From Felis catus (taxonomy: Eukaryota), in the NCBI RefSeq assembly GCF_018350175.1, contig NC_058368.1, forward strand, positions 164,116,001 to 164,180,000: 64,000 nucleotides of DNA. The letters run 5' to 3'. The notes below the pieces were generated by a model, which was not told where the DNA came from, ran no database searches, and saw only the letters and a list, made by a program, of their open reading frames with translations. The position numbers and the translations under genes are program-made. Shown here one piece after another: positions 1 through 12,647 of the stretch (position 1 is the stretch's first letter; each line of letters starts with the position of its first letter).

Positions 1-129
1 ATTCAGGATGATCTCATCCCAAGATTGTTAACTTAATTACATCTGTAAAGAACCCTCTTTTCCAATAGGTCACACTCACTCCTTCTGAGTGAAGAGATAT
101 TTTCTGAGGTCACCATTTAACTTATTACA
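1..129 (-). mobile_element. MaLR LTR fragment (MLT1D/E-like 5' end)
   Basis: Reverse complement resembles the MLT1 start (tgta...gaatggtgacc...gtgacctattggaaaa...tttacagatgtaattaagttaa...gagatcatcctgaat); cut off by the window edge. Confidence 0.7.
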
Positions 130-1632
130 ACTTTTATATCAGCAGCTGACAGAGAAAATAAACAGAAAATTGGCAGGAATAAAATAATAGCACTGCTATC
201 AACCAATAAGATATGATCAACATTTGTAGATCATTATACCAACCAGAAGAATACACGTTCTTTTCAAATGTCCACAGAACATATACCAAGATAGACCACT
301 TTTTCTGAGTGTAAAACAAACTTCAAAAAATTTAGAAGGATTAAAATCAGAAAGAATTTGTTCTTTTACCACTATATAATTAAACTAGACACAAATAGCA
401 GGAAGATAACAGGAAAGTCTCCAAACCACTTGGAAATACACACAGTTCTAAACAACATACTTCTATATAATTCATGGGTCAAGGAGAAAGTCTCAAGAGA
501 AAGTAAAAAAGAAATAATTTAATTAAATGAATATTAAAGCAAATTTGTGGGACACAAAGCAGATTTGAAAAGGACATTTATAACACTGCTTAAATAAGCA
601 GAAAAGTCTCAAATCAGTAATCTAAGATCCCATGTAAGGGCCTATAATAAGAAGACCAAATTAAAACCAAAAGAAGAAAAAGAAACAATAAAGAGCATAA
701 ATTAAGAAAATTGAAAACAGAAAAGACAATGGAGAATATCAATGAAACCAAAACTGGCTGTTAGTAAAGATCAATAAAATTGACAGACCTCTAGCAATAC
801 TGACAAAAGAAGGAAAAGGCAAAACATTACCACTACCAGGAATGAAATAGGATCTATCACTATAGAGACTTTAAATATCAAGAAGATAATGAGGGACTAC
901 TACAATTATATATACATCAATTTGACAACTTAGATGATTTCTGATTTCCTCAAAAAGTATAAGTTTCCACATCTTATCCAATATGAAATGGGACATTTGA
1001 ATATTCCTATGAATATTAAGGAAACAAATTTGTAATGTAAAAATTTCTGAAAGAAAATATCTAAGCCCAGATATTTTCACTGGAGAATTCTACCAAAAGT
1101 TTAAAAAATTAATGCCATTTCTACACAATCTTTTTCAGAAATTAGAAGAGGGAGAACATTTCTTAACTTAGGAAGCTAGGAGTACCTAGATAACAAAACC
1201 AAAAGCAATTAGAAAGAAAGAACAACTATAGAATTATATCCTATACCATGATATACTACTGAGAAGTGAAGAGCTACAAACGTGATACATGCAACAATTT
1301 GGATGATTCCCCAGAAAATTATGCTCTATAAAAAGAGTTGTATTATGGGATTCTTGAAATGACAAAATTATTGGATGGAGAATAGATTAATGGTTGCTAG
1401 GAATTAAGAATGAGGATTGAGGGACAGAAATGTATGTTGCTATAAAAGTACAACATGAGGGTTCTTTGTGGTGCTGTAGATATTCTGTACATTGATTATA
1501 TTATCATCAATATGCTATAGTTTTGTCAGATGTTACCATTGGGAAAATAGGGTTTAGGGTGTGTGGGACCTCTCTGTGGTATTGTTTACAACTTGAGTTA
1601 ATCTATAATTATCTCTAAATAAAACAATTAAA
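130..1632 (+). mobile_element. Old L1 (L1MC/L1MD-like): degraded ORF2 5' region joined to 3' UTR
   Basis: ORF2-type motifs (gaatacacgttcttttcaaatgtccacagaacatataccaagatagacca; aatgaaaccaaaactgg...aaagatcaataaaattgacagacctctagc), then a 3' UTR ending gatgttaccattggg...atctataattatctctaaataaaa; many stops and frameshifts. Confidence 0.85.
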
Positions 1633-1641
1633 AGTTTCAGT

Positions 1642-1826
1642 AAATTCAAATTTCAGTGTCCATAATTAACTTTTTATTGGTACACAGTCACATTCATTTG
1701 TATATATATTACCTATATGTTCTTTTGTATGGAAACAGTTGATTAATTGTGACAGAGACCTTATGAACTATAAAGTCTAAAATATTTACTATATGGGTCC
1801 TTATAGAAACTGTTTGCTGAACCCTG
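1642..1826 (+). mobile_element. MER58B-like hAT-Charlie DNA transposon fragment
   Basis: aaattcaaatttcagtgtccata...ttttattggtacacagtcac...gacagagacc...taaaatatttactat...gtttgctgaaccctg matches the MER58 3' half and terminal repeat. Confidence 0.75.
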
Positions 1827-2047
1827 ATCTATTTGATGAATTTCTCTCATTTCTGCTTCAGCAGCTGCCTGTTTTTGGCCAGACTTTACCATTTTCTTGG
1901 TGGCTCAGTCCTGCCCCATACTTCTCAGCTGATCTTGTTTTCAGGCTGAGAATATAATGCACTTTTGCTCTCTTGATTAGTGTTGCCCTGGAAATTCATC
2001 TTTTGCTTTATTCCTGAGGACAGGTCTTTAAATTGTATCCCGTTCCT

Positions 2048-2270
2048 GGGGTGCCTGGCTAGCTCAGTAGGTTGAGCATCTGACTTCAGCTCAGGTCATG
2101 GTCTCTTGGCCTGTGAGTTTGAGCCCCACGTTGGGCTCTGTGCTGACAGCTCAGCTTGGAGGTTGGAGCCTGCTTCGGATTCTATGTCTCCCCTTCTCTT
2201 TGTCCATCCTCTGCTCACATTCCGTCTCTCTCTCTCTCAAAAAAAAAAAAAGAAGAAAACACACAAAAAA
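2048..2270 (+). mobile_element. Can-SINE
   Basis: ggggtgcctggctagctcag head, (CT)n, A-tail; diverged TSD aaattgtatcccgttcct / aaattggattccatttct. Confidence 0.95.
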
Positions 2271-2359
2271 ATTGGATTCCATTTCTAATAGGTGACTACT
2301 ATTTGGCTGCCTCAAGAATATTTGTTGCTGAAAGAGGATAGTGCCTTGTTTGGATTTCT

Positions 2360-3030
2360 TCATTCAATAAGTACTTATTAAATGATTATTATGCCAGACC
2401 CTAGAAATTTAGCATCAACAAGGCAGACAGTTTTCACTCTCATGTAACTTCAATTCTAGTAGGAGACACAGATAACATACAAGTAAACAAATAAACAAGA
2501 TAATTTTAGAAAATAAAAAAGTGTCGTGAAGAAAATAAACCATTGTGAAAAGATAGTGAGGGGTGGTATGGGTGGTTGGGCTTCACTAGGCAGGCAGTGA
2601 TGTTCTATCTGAGGAGGGAACTGTTTCACTCTGCCCCTATGGAAATGTAGAGCCAGTAAGAGAATATATTGGGGAAAAGCATCCCAAGCTTTTTTAATAG
2701 CAATTACCAAAGGCCTAAAATGCCATTTGCTTATAAAGCTTAGATTGTTTGAGCTACAGAAATGTGAGCATTGTGGCTGTTGTGCAGGGGGTAGTGTATG
2801 AGACACATTTGAAGAGGTAGCAGAGGTCAGATCAGCTGGGGCCCAATTAGCCATGATGACAATAAGTTTAAATTTTACCATAAATGGAGAAAATCCATAG
2901 GAATATTTTGAGCAGAGGAATAACATGAGTTGCCTTATGTTTTTAAAAGATCATGTTGGCTACTTAATGGAGAATGGAAAAGTTAAAGCAAAGAAATTAG
3001 TAAAGTTATTCTTGTACTAATCTGGGCAAG
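2360..3030 (-). mobile_element. L2 fragment (3' end)
   Basis: ttcattcaataagtacttatta...tatgccag terminus; ttttgagcagaggaataacatg...ttttaaaagatca are typical antisense L2 motifs. Confidence 0.7.
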
Positions 3031-3304
3031 ATGATGATGATGTCTGTCTGCCTATGTCTCCTTAAATTGAATTAATTAAAAGTGCATGTTAAGTTAATAA
3101 AGGAAGGGAAACATTAAAAGTGGTTAATTATTTCAAAAGGTTTCCATGGGAGCAAGAACATGAATAATGGAGTCTTATCACCTTGGTAATTTGATCAGTT
3201 GATGGCTGAGTATTCTGGGAAATTGGAAGGAGAGGAAGGTCCATGTTATCGTTCAATATTAAAGATCACTTCCAGAATAGTTTGACATGTGATACACCTA
3301 GTGT

Positions 3305-3988
3305 GTTACAGTAGTCAGGGTTCTCCACAGAAACAGAAGATACATACATATATGTGTATATATGTGTGTGTGTATGAGAGAGAAAGAAGTAGAGAGAAAG
3401 AAAGAGAGGGACAGAGGTTCATTTATTTTAAGGAATTGGTTTACACAGTTGTGGAGGATGGCAAGTTTGAAATCTGCAGGTAAGCAGGGTGACAGGTTGG
3501 AAATGCAGGGAAGAGTTGATGTTGCAGCTAACCTGCATATAAGAAGAGGTAGAATTGCCTCTTCTCAAGGGAGGTCAGTCATTGTCGTAAGGTGTTCAAC
3601 TAATTGGATGAAGCCCACTTGCATTATAGAGGGTAAGTGCTTTACTCAAAGTCTACAAATTTAAGTGTTAATCTCCTTAAAAAAATGCATCCAGGGGCGC
3701 CTGGGTGGCTCAGTCGGTTAAGCTTCCGACTTAGGCTCAGGTCATGATCTCACGTCTGTGAGTTCAAGCCCCGCGTTGGGCTCTGTGCTGACAGCTCAGA
3801 GCCTGGTGCCCATTTCAGATTCTGTGTCTCCCTCGCTCTCTGCCCCTCCCCTGTTCATGCTCTGTCTCTCTCTGTCTCAAAAATAAATAAACGTTAAAAT
3901 AAATTTTAAAAAATGCATCCAGATGTGTTTGATCAAATATCTGTGTACCATAGCCTAGCTAAGTTGACACATAAAATTAAACATTCCT
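3305..3988 (-). mobile_element. MLT2-type ERVL solo LTR, interrupted by a Can-SINE
   Basis: tagtcagggttctccacagaaacagaa...tttattttaaggaattgg...ggatgaagcccac...aagttgacacataaaattaa. Confidence 0.8.
3694..3907 (+). mobile_element. Can-SINE (felid type) inside MLT2
   Basis: Full ggggcgcctgggtggctcagtcgg head; TSD aaaaaatgcatcca on both sides. Confidence 0.97.
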
Positions 3989-4350
3989 AGGAATTTGGAT
4001 TCTAGATACCATAGCCCTGAAGAGACCACGTAGGCCAAAGCATAGGAATCTCAGCAGTAATAGGGAAAGCCAGATGCCTAATGACCAGAGGGATACATCT
4101 TAACTTTGGTGCTGCATGAGTTTTGTCATGACTATTGTTGAGAGTGTGAATAGAGCCTTGGAAATAATAATTAAGATTAGATTTATCAACTGGAGAGATG
4201 AAGGCTTAGAGTTAGATTTAAGTTGATTCAAATAAACAGAATGAATGTAGTTTGCTTTTCATACTCAGAGTTGTAGATTAAGTGTTAAACATGATATAGA
4301 ATGCCAAAGAGGGTGAGAGTAGGTCATAAGTTAGGTTTTAGTTTTATGAG

Positions 4351-4482
4351 AGGACACCTATTTGCTGTCAGTGCAGAGCCCTCTTTGGATCCCTCCTCCC
4401 TGCTCCTCCCCACCCCCCACGGCGTGCATGTGTGTGCTCTCTCTCTCTTTTAAAAATAAATAAACATTAAAAAAAATTAAAA
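4351..4482 (+). mobile_element. Can-SINE, internally deleted
   Basis: tgctgtcagtgcagagcc...(CT)n...aaaaataaataaacattaaaaaa tail; most of the tRNA-related part is missing. Confidence 0.8.
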
Positions 4483-4489
4483 ATGCACA

Positions 4490-4655
4490 GGGGAGGCTGG
4501 GTGACTCAGTCAGTTAAGCATCCAACTCTTGATTTTGGCTCAGGTCATGATCTCAGGGTTTGTGGGATGGTGCGCTGCATGGGCTTTGCAATAAGAGTGT
4601 GGAGTCTGCCTGGGATTCTCTCTCTCTCCCTATCTCTCTGCCCCTCACCTTCTGG

Positions 4656-4693
<38 letters not shown>

Positions 4694-4700
4694 AAGAAAA
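4490..4700 (+). mobile_element. Can-SINE directly after the tail of the previous SINE
   Basis: gggaggctgggtgactcagtcagttaagcatccaactcttgattttggctcaggtcatgatctc; (CT)n; A-tail. Confidence 0.92.
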
Positions 4701-6249
4701 GAGGCATAGGTAAAGCCTCTATTATTTTTACTGCCAGTATTAGGGTAGAATGTCTTTCTTATTGCTAACTCTAGTCAACTTTGGTTCCTGTTTCTCCTCC
4801 AAGACTTGGAGCATTTGAAAGGCAAAGACCACTATCAGAATTTTTTTGTGATTAATTTTCAGAGTTCTCATTACAACAAATATACCTTAAGTATCTTCTG
4901 TTCATAAAACACTAGGCTATGTACTTAGGGCAACACCAAGAGATAATTTCTGCATTGAAGGTATTAACACTGTAGGTGGAGGTCAATAAGCAGGAACTGT
5001 AGTTATTAGCCACTTTGACTTTGGGTCAGACCAAATAGGGGTTATAATTACACACTTAAACTAATTACTAGCTCTATGTCTCTGGGTAACTAATGTTTTC
5101 TCTTTGAAACTATTTTCTGATCTGTAAAATGGTAGTAGTACAATGGATTCACATGTTATACTTGAGTTACTTTCTAAAATAAAGGGTAAAATGGTAATTC
5201 CATATAATCAATGTTATGCTTGAAAATGTCCTATCATTTACAAAATACTGCAACCACTGTTTTGTATATACAGAGCTTCACAGTACCTCTTCTATACTAA
5301 AATTTGGCAAACTCTAAATAGTACTAAATGAAAGAATAAAAAGCAAATCTGTAAACAAATATCTGAGCATTCAACCATTTTTCTTTCAAAATGGCTATCA
5401 ATCCCCTGTGAAAAATGGGGAGTTAGAGAATTATTAGTTTCAGCTTTCTTAAGGCATTTTCTCCATAATAAATCTTTTTAATTGTGTGTGTGTATGCTTA
5501 TAGATTTGATTTCATTGTGAGAATTAAATTGGATAGCAAAATAGCTATATTTGTTAAGGGGTCAAGAGAGAGGAGGTTTACTGGGAATATGTTGTAAAGC
5601 AAGTCTATTTGCAACTCTAATGTTGTAAGAGTGTTGTGCAGAGTAAATAAAATACTTAGATAAATCACTTATTATCATACCTGATAGAGGATAAACATTT
5701 AAATGGTTAACTCTTTTTGGTTATTTTAATTGATTTGTATGTTATAGATGTAATTTGATCATCACAAAGTTGATCAAACTAGGTTATATAGTTTCATTCA
5801 GCCTTAAATTCTCTTAAATATTTTCAAAGTATAATACATGATTGATTTTGACACTTTGCATAACTATTTAGAGGTCTTGAAAAAGGAAAAAAAAATGATT
5901 CCTGGTTTGGAAATCAGGAGGGGTCTCATAAAAGGAGGAGCGTTTTAGATAGACCTTTGAATAACTAGTGATTTTTTGAGGGCTAACGAGTGATTTTGAC
6001 AGCCATCTTTGGTTGAATATACAACAGTCACTCCTCTCCCTGCAATGACTTTTCTCTATGTCCTTGACGGTAGAGCCCTGACTCCACAACAGACCAGAAG
6101 CTCCCTTTCCCAGCTTTCCTTGTAGCTAGGCACAGACATGACCTGTAAGATATGGCTACTTGGTAGCTTCTAGGAGATCTTTAATCTCTAATTATAAGAG
6201 AAAGGAGAGAGACAGACACTACGTTTTCCCATGAGCACAAACATATAGA

Positions 6250-6490
6250 AAATGTTGCTAAATACTATGTGCCCCGTGCTATTTTAAGGTTTTTAGTTTT
6301 TCCTGTTAGAATATTAAATCCTCACTTTACATGTACTAAGTCATTAAATCCTAGAAATTATTTTTATCTCTATGTTATAGATGAAAAACTAAAGCTCAGA
6401 GAACTTATATATGTATTCTGAAGGTTATAAATCAGGAGAGTTTGAACTCAAGTAGTCTAATTCCAGCAGCTGTGGTCTTGACTGTTAGCT
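6250..6490 (-). mobile_element. MIR fragment
   Basis: atagatgaaaaactaaagctcagagaa...tttgaactcaagtagtctaattccag antisense MIR core. Confidence 0.6.
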
Positions 6491-6659
6491 ATGTAATGAA
6501 TCCCAGCAGACTGGTGACAATACAGATGAAAGAAGGAAAACACTTGTTCTTTGAAAACTGTTGTGACAGAAAATTAACCAAAACATGCAAACTGAGTTCC
6601 TCTGCATTTGTATAATTTAGGTATTTTTAAGATCTTTATTATTTAAGTCATGGTTTTTC

Positions 6660-6742
6660 TTTTTAAATTTTTTAAGACAAGTAAATATTATATATATTTA
6701 AGTTTAGACATAGGGCACACAAGTGGGGGAGAGGGGCAGAGG

Positions 6743-6804
<62 letters not shown>

Positions 6805-6935
6805 AAATGAATCTTAAGTAGGCTCCATGCTCAGTGCGGAGCCCGATACCAGGCTCCATCTCACAACCCTGGGATTATGACCTGAGTCAAAATCAAGAGT
6901 GGGACACTCAACCGACTGAGCCACCCAGGCACCCC
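6660..6935 (-). mobile_element. Can-SINE with expanded (GA)n
   Basis: Ends caaccgactgagccacccaggcacccc; long (GA)n at ~6745-6800. Confidence 0.95.
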
Positions 6936-7769
6936 ATTTGGATTTTCTATTATTTGCAAGTAATAGTGATAATCTAGGGATTCTTTAGGCAGTACTGGTG
7001 GTAGTATTACAGTGGGAAATGACTATTTCAGGTAGGGAGAGCAGCATGAACAAATTCAAGGATGGATTGGGTTTAGGATAGTTATTAACCTCCATTTGCT
7101 AGACAAGAGTCCACGTGAGAGAGTCGTAGGCAATGAGTCTGGAAATACAAGATGAGTTTTAAAGTAACAACATCTAATTCCAATGTTCACTAATTTCAGG
7201 CAGCACTGAGAGTTTCTTTTTAAGGTCATTGAGTTTGTGAGCAATAAATTTAGAACATTGCTTTAGGAAAAACAACCAAATATTGTAGAAGGTCTTTCTT
7301 CCAGGGGTATGGACAAAGTGGCAATTGGGTTTCATAAATGTGGCTACAGAAACAAATTTCACTATGGCATCTGTAACTAAAGAGTTATCTCTGGCCCTGA
7401 ATTGTAGTTATGTCTGCAAACTCCTAAGAAAAATCTGTGCCAGGAACATGGGCTGCCATTATATTTGCACGGAGATGTTTGATTTCTCACTGTTATCTCT
7501 TTAATCTATTTCAAAATGTTTTTAAGCACAATTACCTCCATTATCAAGTCCCAAAATCCTTTTTCACAGAAACCATATAAAACGTACTGCTTGGTAGTTC
7601 CCCTGTCTAATGAAACAACACAGCAAAGCCTCTAAATCAAACCTAGGCTTTACTTCAGTCCTCCCATTTTGCTGAAACTGAAGGACAGATCACATGTATC
7701 ACCAAGATTGGATGTTTTCTTTTTAACATTGCCTCTATTCTCCTGATAGTAGAACATTCTTTTAATGCC

Positions 7770-7988
7770 AGAGGCAGCGTAGTATAAAGAAAAAAGGATA
7801 GGTTTTGAGTTAAACGGAACTAATTTCAAATGTGGCTCTAACATTTCTATTTTATGTCCTTGGATAAGTTCTATTTAGGCACTCCAAGCCTTAGTTTTCT
7901 CATCTATAAAATGAAAGTAGCAGTTCTTCCCTTGTAAGGCTGTTTTGAAGAATAAATGAGCAATGTATATGTTCAGTAAATGCTAGAT
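7770..7988 (+). mobile_element. MIR
   Basis: gaggcagcgtagtata...ccttagttttctcatctataaaatg...gttttgaagaataaatgag. Confidence 0.75.
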
Positions 7989-9429
7989 ATGTTTTCTTTT
8001 TTCTGATTCCTAATGAATAAGTGTAAGTAATTATTAAGATTTTTCTTGGGAATATATCCTGGTAATCTAAAAGATTACTTAGAATTATTTTTTTAAAAAG
8101 GAATAAGTCATTTGAAACCATTTAAATGTTACTTTATATTGTATGGTTCAATATGAAGTGTCTGCTTTTTTTGGAGCTCTTTGTAATTTGTTTCTTTAAG
8201 ATTCTTGTATTACATTGATTTGCAGTGAGCTTAACCCATAATATTTATATCTAGGGAATAACTGTTTCTTCTATACTCGTCTGCTAACTGTTTGTGATAT
8301 CAAAAAGACAGTCACTATCAAATGGTTGCAAAATGGAAAATCAAATGAAACATGGAGGGCATTCTTTATGTTCTGTTTGTACTGATTAGTTCTTTGAAAG
8401 GCTAAGATTTTATCATAGGTTCTCAAGGAAGTTCTTACTATATTTGAATTTATGTTCACAGATTGATAGTAACAGATTTTCACTTTGTTTTGACATAAAG
8501 CAACCATGACATTTAACGGTGACTCACCTGCAAAACGATGATAAAGAAATCAGGCAGTTGATCAAATGAAAATCAGTCACTGAGTCAAATATAAATCTGA
8601 TTTACTCTGATACTCACCTTTGGTTTGATTTTCATGGGTATTTCTGTCTGGAAATTCCGAATGTATCTCCTGAAAGCAGATGCTTTAATGGTTCTAAACT
8701 TAGGGATACTCTGAGCAGAGAAGTTCAGGAACTGGGGAGACCCACAGGCAAGGTATGAGATGAGTAAGTCTGAATTCAGAACAAATCCAGGACAACAATG
8801 TGATATTTTTCATAGGACTGATAACTTCTAAAAAAAGCAACAGAAATCTTTGGAAATTTAAAGCAGTGTCATAATTTCCTGCTAAATAAGTGTCGATTTA
8901 ATTTTGACATCCAGTATTTAAAATTGGTTTCACCATGTGTCATTCAGAGCTGAATTTATCCCAGAGAGGTTTAAGTAGATTGCTAGTAAATATAGTTTCA
9001 GGATAGTAGTAATGATGTAAAAATTGTAAAAATCCATACATTTCAAACCTTAAAAAATTATGTAGGGCAATTACATTGCATGTTCTGGATAGAGGGCTTA
9101 TCATCCCTGTATCTTCCCTTAAGCATCCAAAGGGATTATAGATGCAGTATCAAGATATTGAGAAAGCCTCTGAAAAACATTTTAGATTCCCCAAATAACA
9201 CGACTGGAAAGGAATTGTTTGATCCAGCTTACTCGTTTCACAGGAGCAGAGACTGAGGCACTGAAATGAGTTATGTTGAATGACAACAATGACAAGTGTT
9301 ACAAAGATTTTACAATCAAACTGAACAATCACTGTCATCAAATTATTCGCACGTGAACATAAATTTTAAGGAGAAACTTGGAGGTGATGGTCTTTTAGAT
9401 GTATTTGACATAGAAATGAGAAGATGAGA

Positions 9430-10591
9430 AAAGATTGAAGGATGACCAAATATGACAAATAAGCATGTGAAAAGATGCTTTACATTGTATGTCATCAGAA
9501 AAATGCAAATTAAAACAACAGTGAATTATCAGTTTACAGTGAGAATGCCCAAAATTCAGGACACTAACACCACCAAATGCTGGCAAGAAGAGGGAGCAAC
9601 AAAGACTCTCATTTATTGCTGATGGGAATGCAAAATGGTACAGCCATTTTGGAAGACAGTTTGACAGTTTCTTTCTTTTTTTTAAAGTTTAGTTATTTAT
9701 TTTGAGAGACAGAAAGTGAGGGAGGGACAGAGAGAGAGGAAGAGAGAGAAGCCCAAGCAGGCCCTGCACTCTCAGAGCATAACCCAATGTGGGGCTTGAT
9801 CTCATGAACCATGAGATCGTGACCTGAGCCAAAATCAAGAGTCAGATGCTTACCTGACTGAGCCACTCAGGTGCCTCTGACAGTTTCCAGTCCACTAATC
9901 ATACACTTGTCATGTGATTAGCAATTTCACTCCTTGGTGTTTTCCCTAAGGAGTTAAAATTTATGTCCATACAAAAACGTGCACATGAATTGCCAAAACA
10001 TGGAAGCAACCACAAGTCCTTCATTAGGCAAATGGATAAATAAAATGGTATATCTTACACAATAGAATATTATTTAACACTAAGAAGAAGTGAACTATCA
10101 AGTCATGAAAAGACACAGAGAAGCATAAATGCATATTACTAAGTAAAAGGAGCCAATCTGAAAAGGCTACACACTGTATGATTCCAATTATATGACATTC
10201 TGGAAAAGGCAAAACTGTGGAAACAGTAAAACCCAAGTTGCCAGGGGTTAGGGCAGGGAGTGGAGGAAGGAGGAATCAATAGGCAGAGCACTGTGAATTT
10301 TTAGGGCAGTGACAATACTCTGTATGATTCTATAATGCTGTATACATTTCATTATACATTTGCCCAAGTCTATAGAATGTACAACACCAAGAGTGAATCC
10401 TAAGATAAACTATGGACTTTGGGTGATTATGATGTATCCATGTAGGTTCATCAGTTGTAACAAATGTATCACCCTAGTAGAGGATGTTGATAACAGGGGA
10501 TGCTATGCATGTGTGGGGGCAGGACATTATTTGAGAAATCTCTATATATTTCTCTCCATTTTACTGTGAACCTAAAACTGCTCTAAAAATA
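9430..10591 (+). mobile_element. L1MC1-like 3' end (ORF2 tail plus 3' UTR)
   Basis: aataagcatgtgaaaagatgct...gggaatgcaaaatggtacagcc...tagaatgtacaacaccaagagtgaa...ctgtgaacctaaaactgctctaaaaa. Confidence 0.88.
9672..9877 (-). mobile_element. Can-SINE inside L1
   Basis: Antisense SINE; TSD tgacagtttc at 9662-9671 and 9878-9887. Confidence 0.95.
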
Positions 10592-10715
10592 TACTCCTGA
10601 GGATAGAAAAGTTTGAGAGAGATGGTCACGACTCAGTCTGATCCAGATTGTTTTGGTGGAGTTTGTGATAAACTCAATCTAATCCAAAGGAGCCATTGTT
10701 TACACTCCTATAATT

Positions 10716-11205
10716 TGTTTAAAGAAAAATTTCACCAGACAGTTTAAACTGTCAAGGAAGTCTTTATTCTATTGTAATAGGAATTGAGGTTATTGGAATA
10801 AAGGCGACAGTGAACTAAATTCTGTTGAAATAAAATGTAGAAGAGTTTTTAAGCACTGGAGTGAATTCATGGAAACATACCTGAGGACACTGGTCAATGT
10901 GATTAGACAATCTGTGTTTGCTAATTGTTGCTCATCAAAATTAGGCTCCTACCTTCCTATGGAACTCAGAGTTAGGAGTAGTATCTTTGTTGATGATTAC
11001 TTCTCAAGTGGATGGTTCCCAAGTCTTAGAGGAAAATATCTTTGGGTTACAAGAGGCTCAGAGAAGATTTCTCTCAGAGAAAAAATTTACAGTTGCAAGG
11101 TTTCTAAAAAAAATGCCCTAAGAAAGGGAAATCAGGGTTTATAGTCAAAGAGATGCCTGTCTAAAGTATAATCAAGGTGAGGGGAATGGGAAGGCTGTCT
11201 TGGTA
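10716..11205 (-). mobile_element. Probable ERV1-class solo LTR
   Basis: ~490 bp beginning tgtttaaagaaaaa, antisense polyA signal (ctttatt), LTR-like composition; family not pinned down. Confidence 0.55.
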
Positions 11206-11639
11206 TGATTCCACTATTTTGTAAGTAACCTTTTATACATATTCACACGACTTTTATGATTGTCTAGATGAGTCATGTAATTCTCATAAAACCAAATTAC
11301 CATCCTTCTTTAATGAAGAATCAGATGCTCAGGGAAGTACCTTTACTCAGAGTCTCAGAATAAAGACTGGAAGGAAGTTGCATTTAGGCTTTTGACTTGT
11401 GATATAATACTTATTCTACTGTTTTAGCTTGTTTCTTTAAAGTAACAACTAATATTTGAGTAATATTTACAGTTTCTATAGCACTTTCGTGTAGATTAGC
11501 CAATTTGCATTTCCAACTGAAGCACAGGTAGAGAAGTAGTAATTATCTTTAATTATAAATGAGATAATTGAAACTCTGAGGAATTAGGAGACTTTCCAAA
11601 TAATGAAATTGGGATCCAGATCTCATGATCCCATTAACT

Positions 11640-12240
11640 AATTAACTAAACACATATTTAGACAAATACCCAATATATGTTCAAGTTCTATGTCAAGAAC
11701 GAGAGATTCAAAAGGAAGCAGGGTCTCTGCCCTCATGGAGCTTGTGTCATAATAAGAAATGACAGAATGAAAGGAAAGAAATATAAGAAGGAGATAATGA
11801 CAGAAAGCAATGAAGGCATTGAGAGAAAGGGTAACCTGTCAAGGTAAGTCGTTTTGCTTCTTTGGATGAGACGTTTGGGAAGGCTGCTCTGAGGAGTGGC
11901 CAGTTTAGCTAAGAGCTAGCATAATTACATTCCTAATAAAGCAGACAGAAAATACACAAACCTAGAGGGAGGAACAATCAGCAAAACACTTAGTATGTAT
12001 CAGACATACTTCCCAGTCCTTTATGAATATGAACTTCCATTAATGTTTAAAGCATCCTTTGAGGTAGCTATTATTTTTATTTCAAAGTTATAAATGGCCA
12101 CTTAGGGGTACAGGAGGAAGGCTGGTGTGGCCCGAGTCAGACCACTTAGGGCTTGTGAGCCATTGGAAGGAGCCAGGATTTTATTGTGAAAACTAACTGT
12201 GGAATCTGTTAGTGTTTTCATCAGGGAAGTCATCAGATCT
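11640..12240 (-). mobile_element. L2 fragments with an interposed MIR piece
   Basis: gtctctgccctcatggagctt; ggaaggctgctctgaggag; ccattggaaggagccaggattttatt. Confidence 0.55.
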
Positions 12241-12521
12241 GACGTACCTACATCACATCAAACAGGGATTCCTTCTGTGTAATGTTTGATATTTATACTC
12301 AGGAACTGCTTCTGAGGACAGCTACCATCAGCATTCTACCTGTGAAAATAGGTGAAGGGAAAGAGAAGTATGGTTGGAGAGAGTTTGGGCTGAAGTTGTA
12401 CCTTAACTTGTTGTATGGAAACCCTCCAGCAAAACACTGGGGCATGTGATATTGATATTGACAGATATCTGTGCCCTATCAACATGGGAGAGCTATGAGA
12501 TATAAACATTATAGTGGTCAT

Positions 12522-12647
12522 TTTATTTTATTTTTTATTTGTTTTTAAGAATTTTGTATTTAATCTTTACACCCAACATAGGGTTCGAACTCACTACTCT
12601 AAGATCAAGAGCTTGCTCCACCTGACTGAGCCAGCCAGGTTCCCCCC
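12522..12647 (-). mobile_element. Short tRNA-derived Can-SINE variant lacking the (CT)n body
   Basis: Reverse complement: gggaacctggctggctcagtcagg...gtgagttcgaaccctatgttgggtgtaaagatt + A-rich tail; TSD tatagtggtcat / tacagtggtcat. Confidence 0.88.

Noticed and set aside
2456..2926. 156-aa minus-strand ORF
   Set aside because: Lies within a degraded L2 and has no recognisable protein similarity.
12522..12647. tRNA gene
   Set aside because: A-rich tail, TSD and degenerate stems indicate a tRNA-derived SINE.
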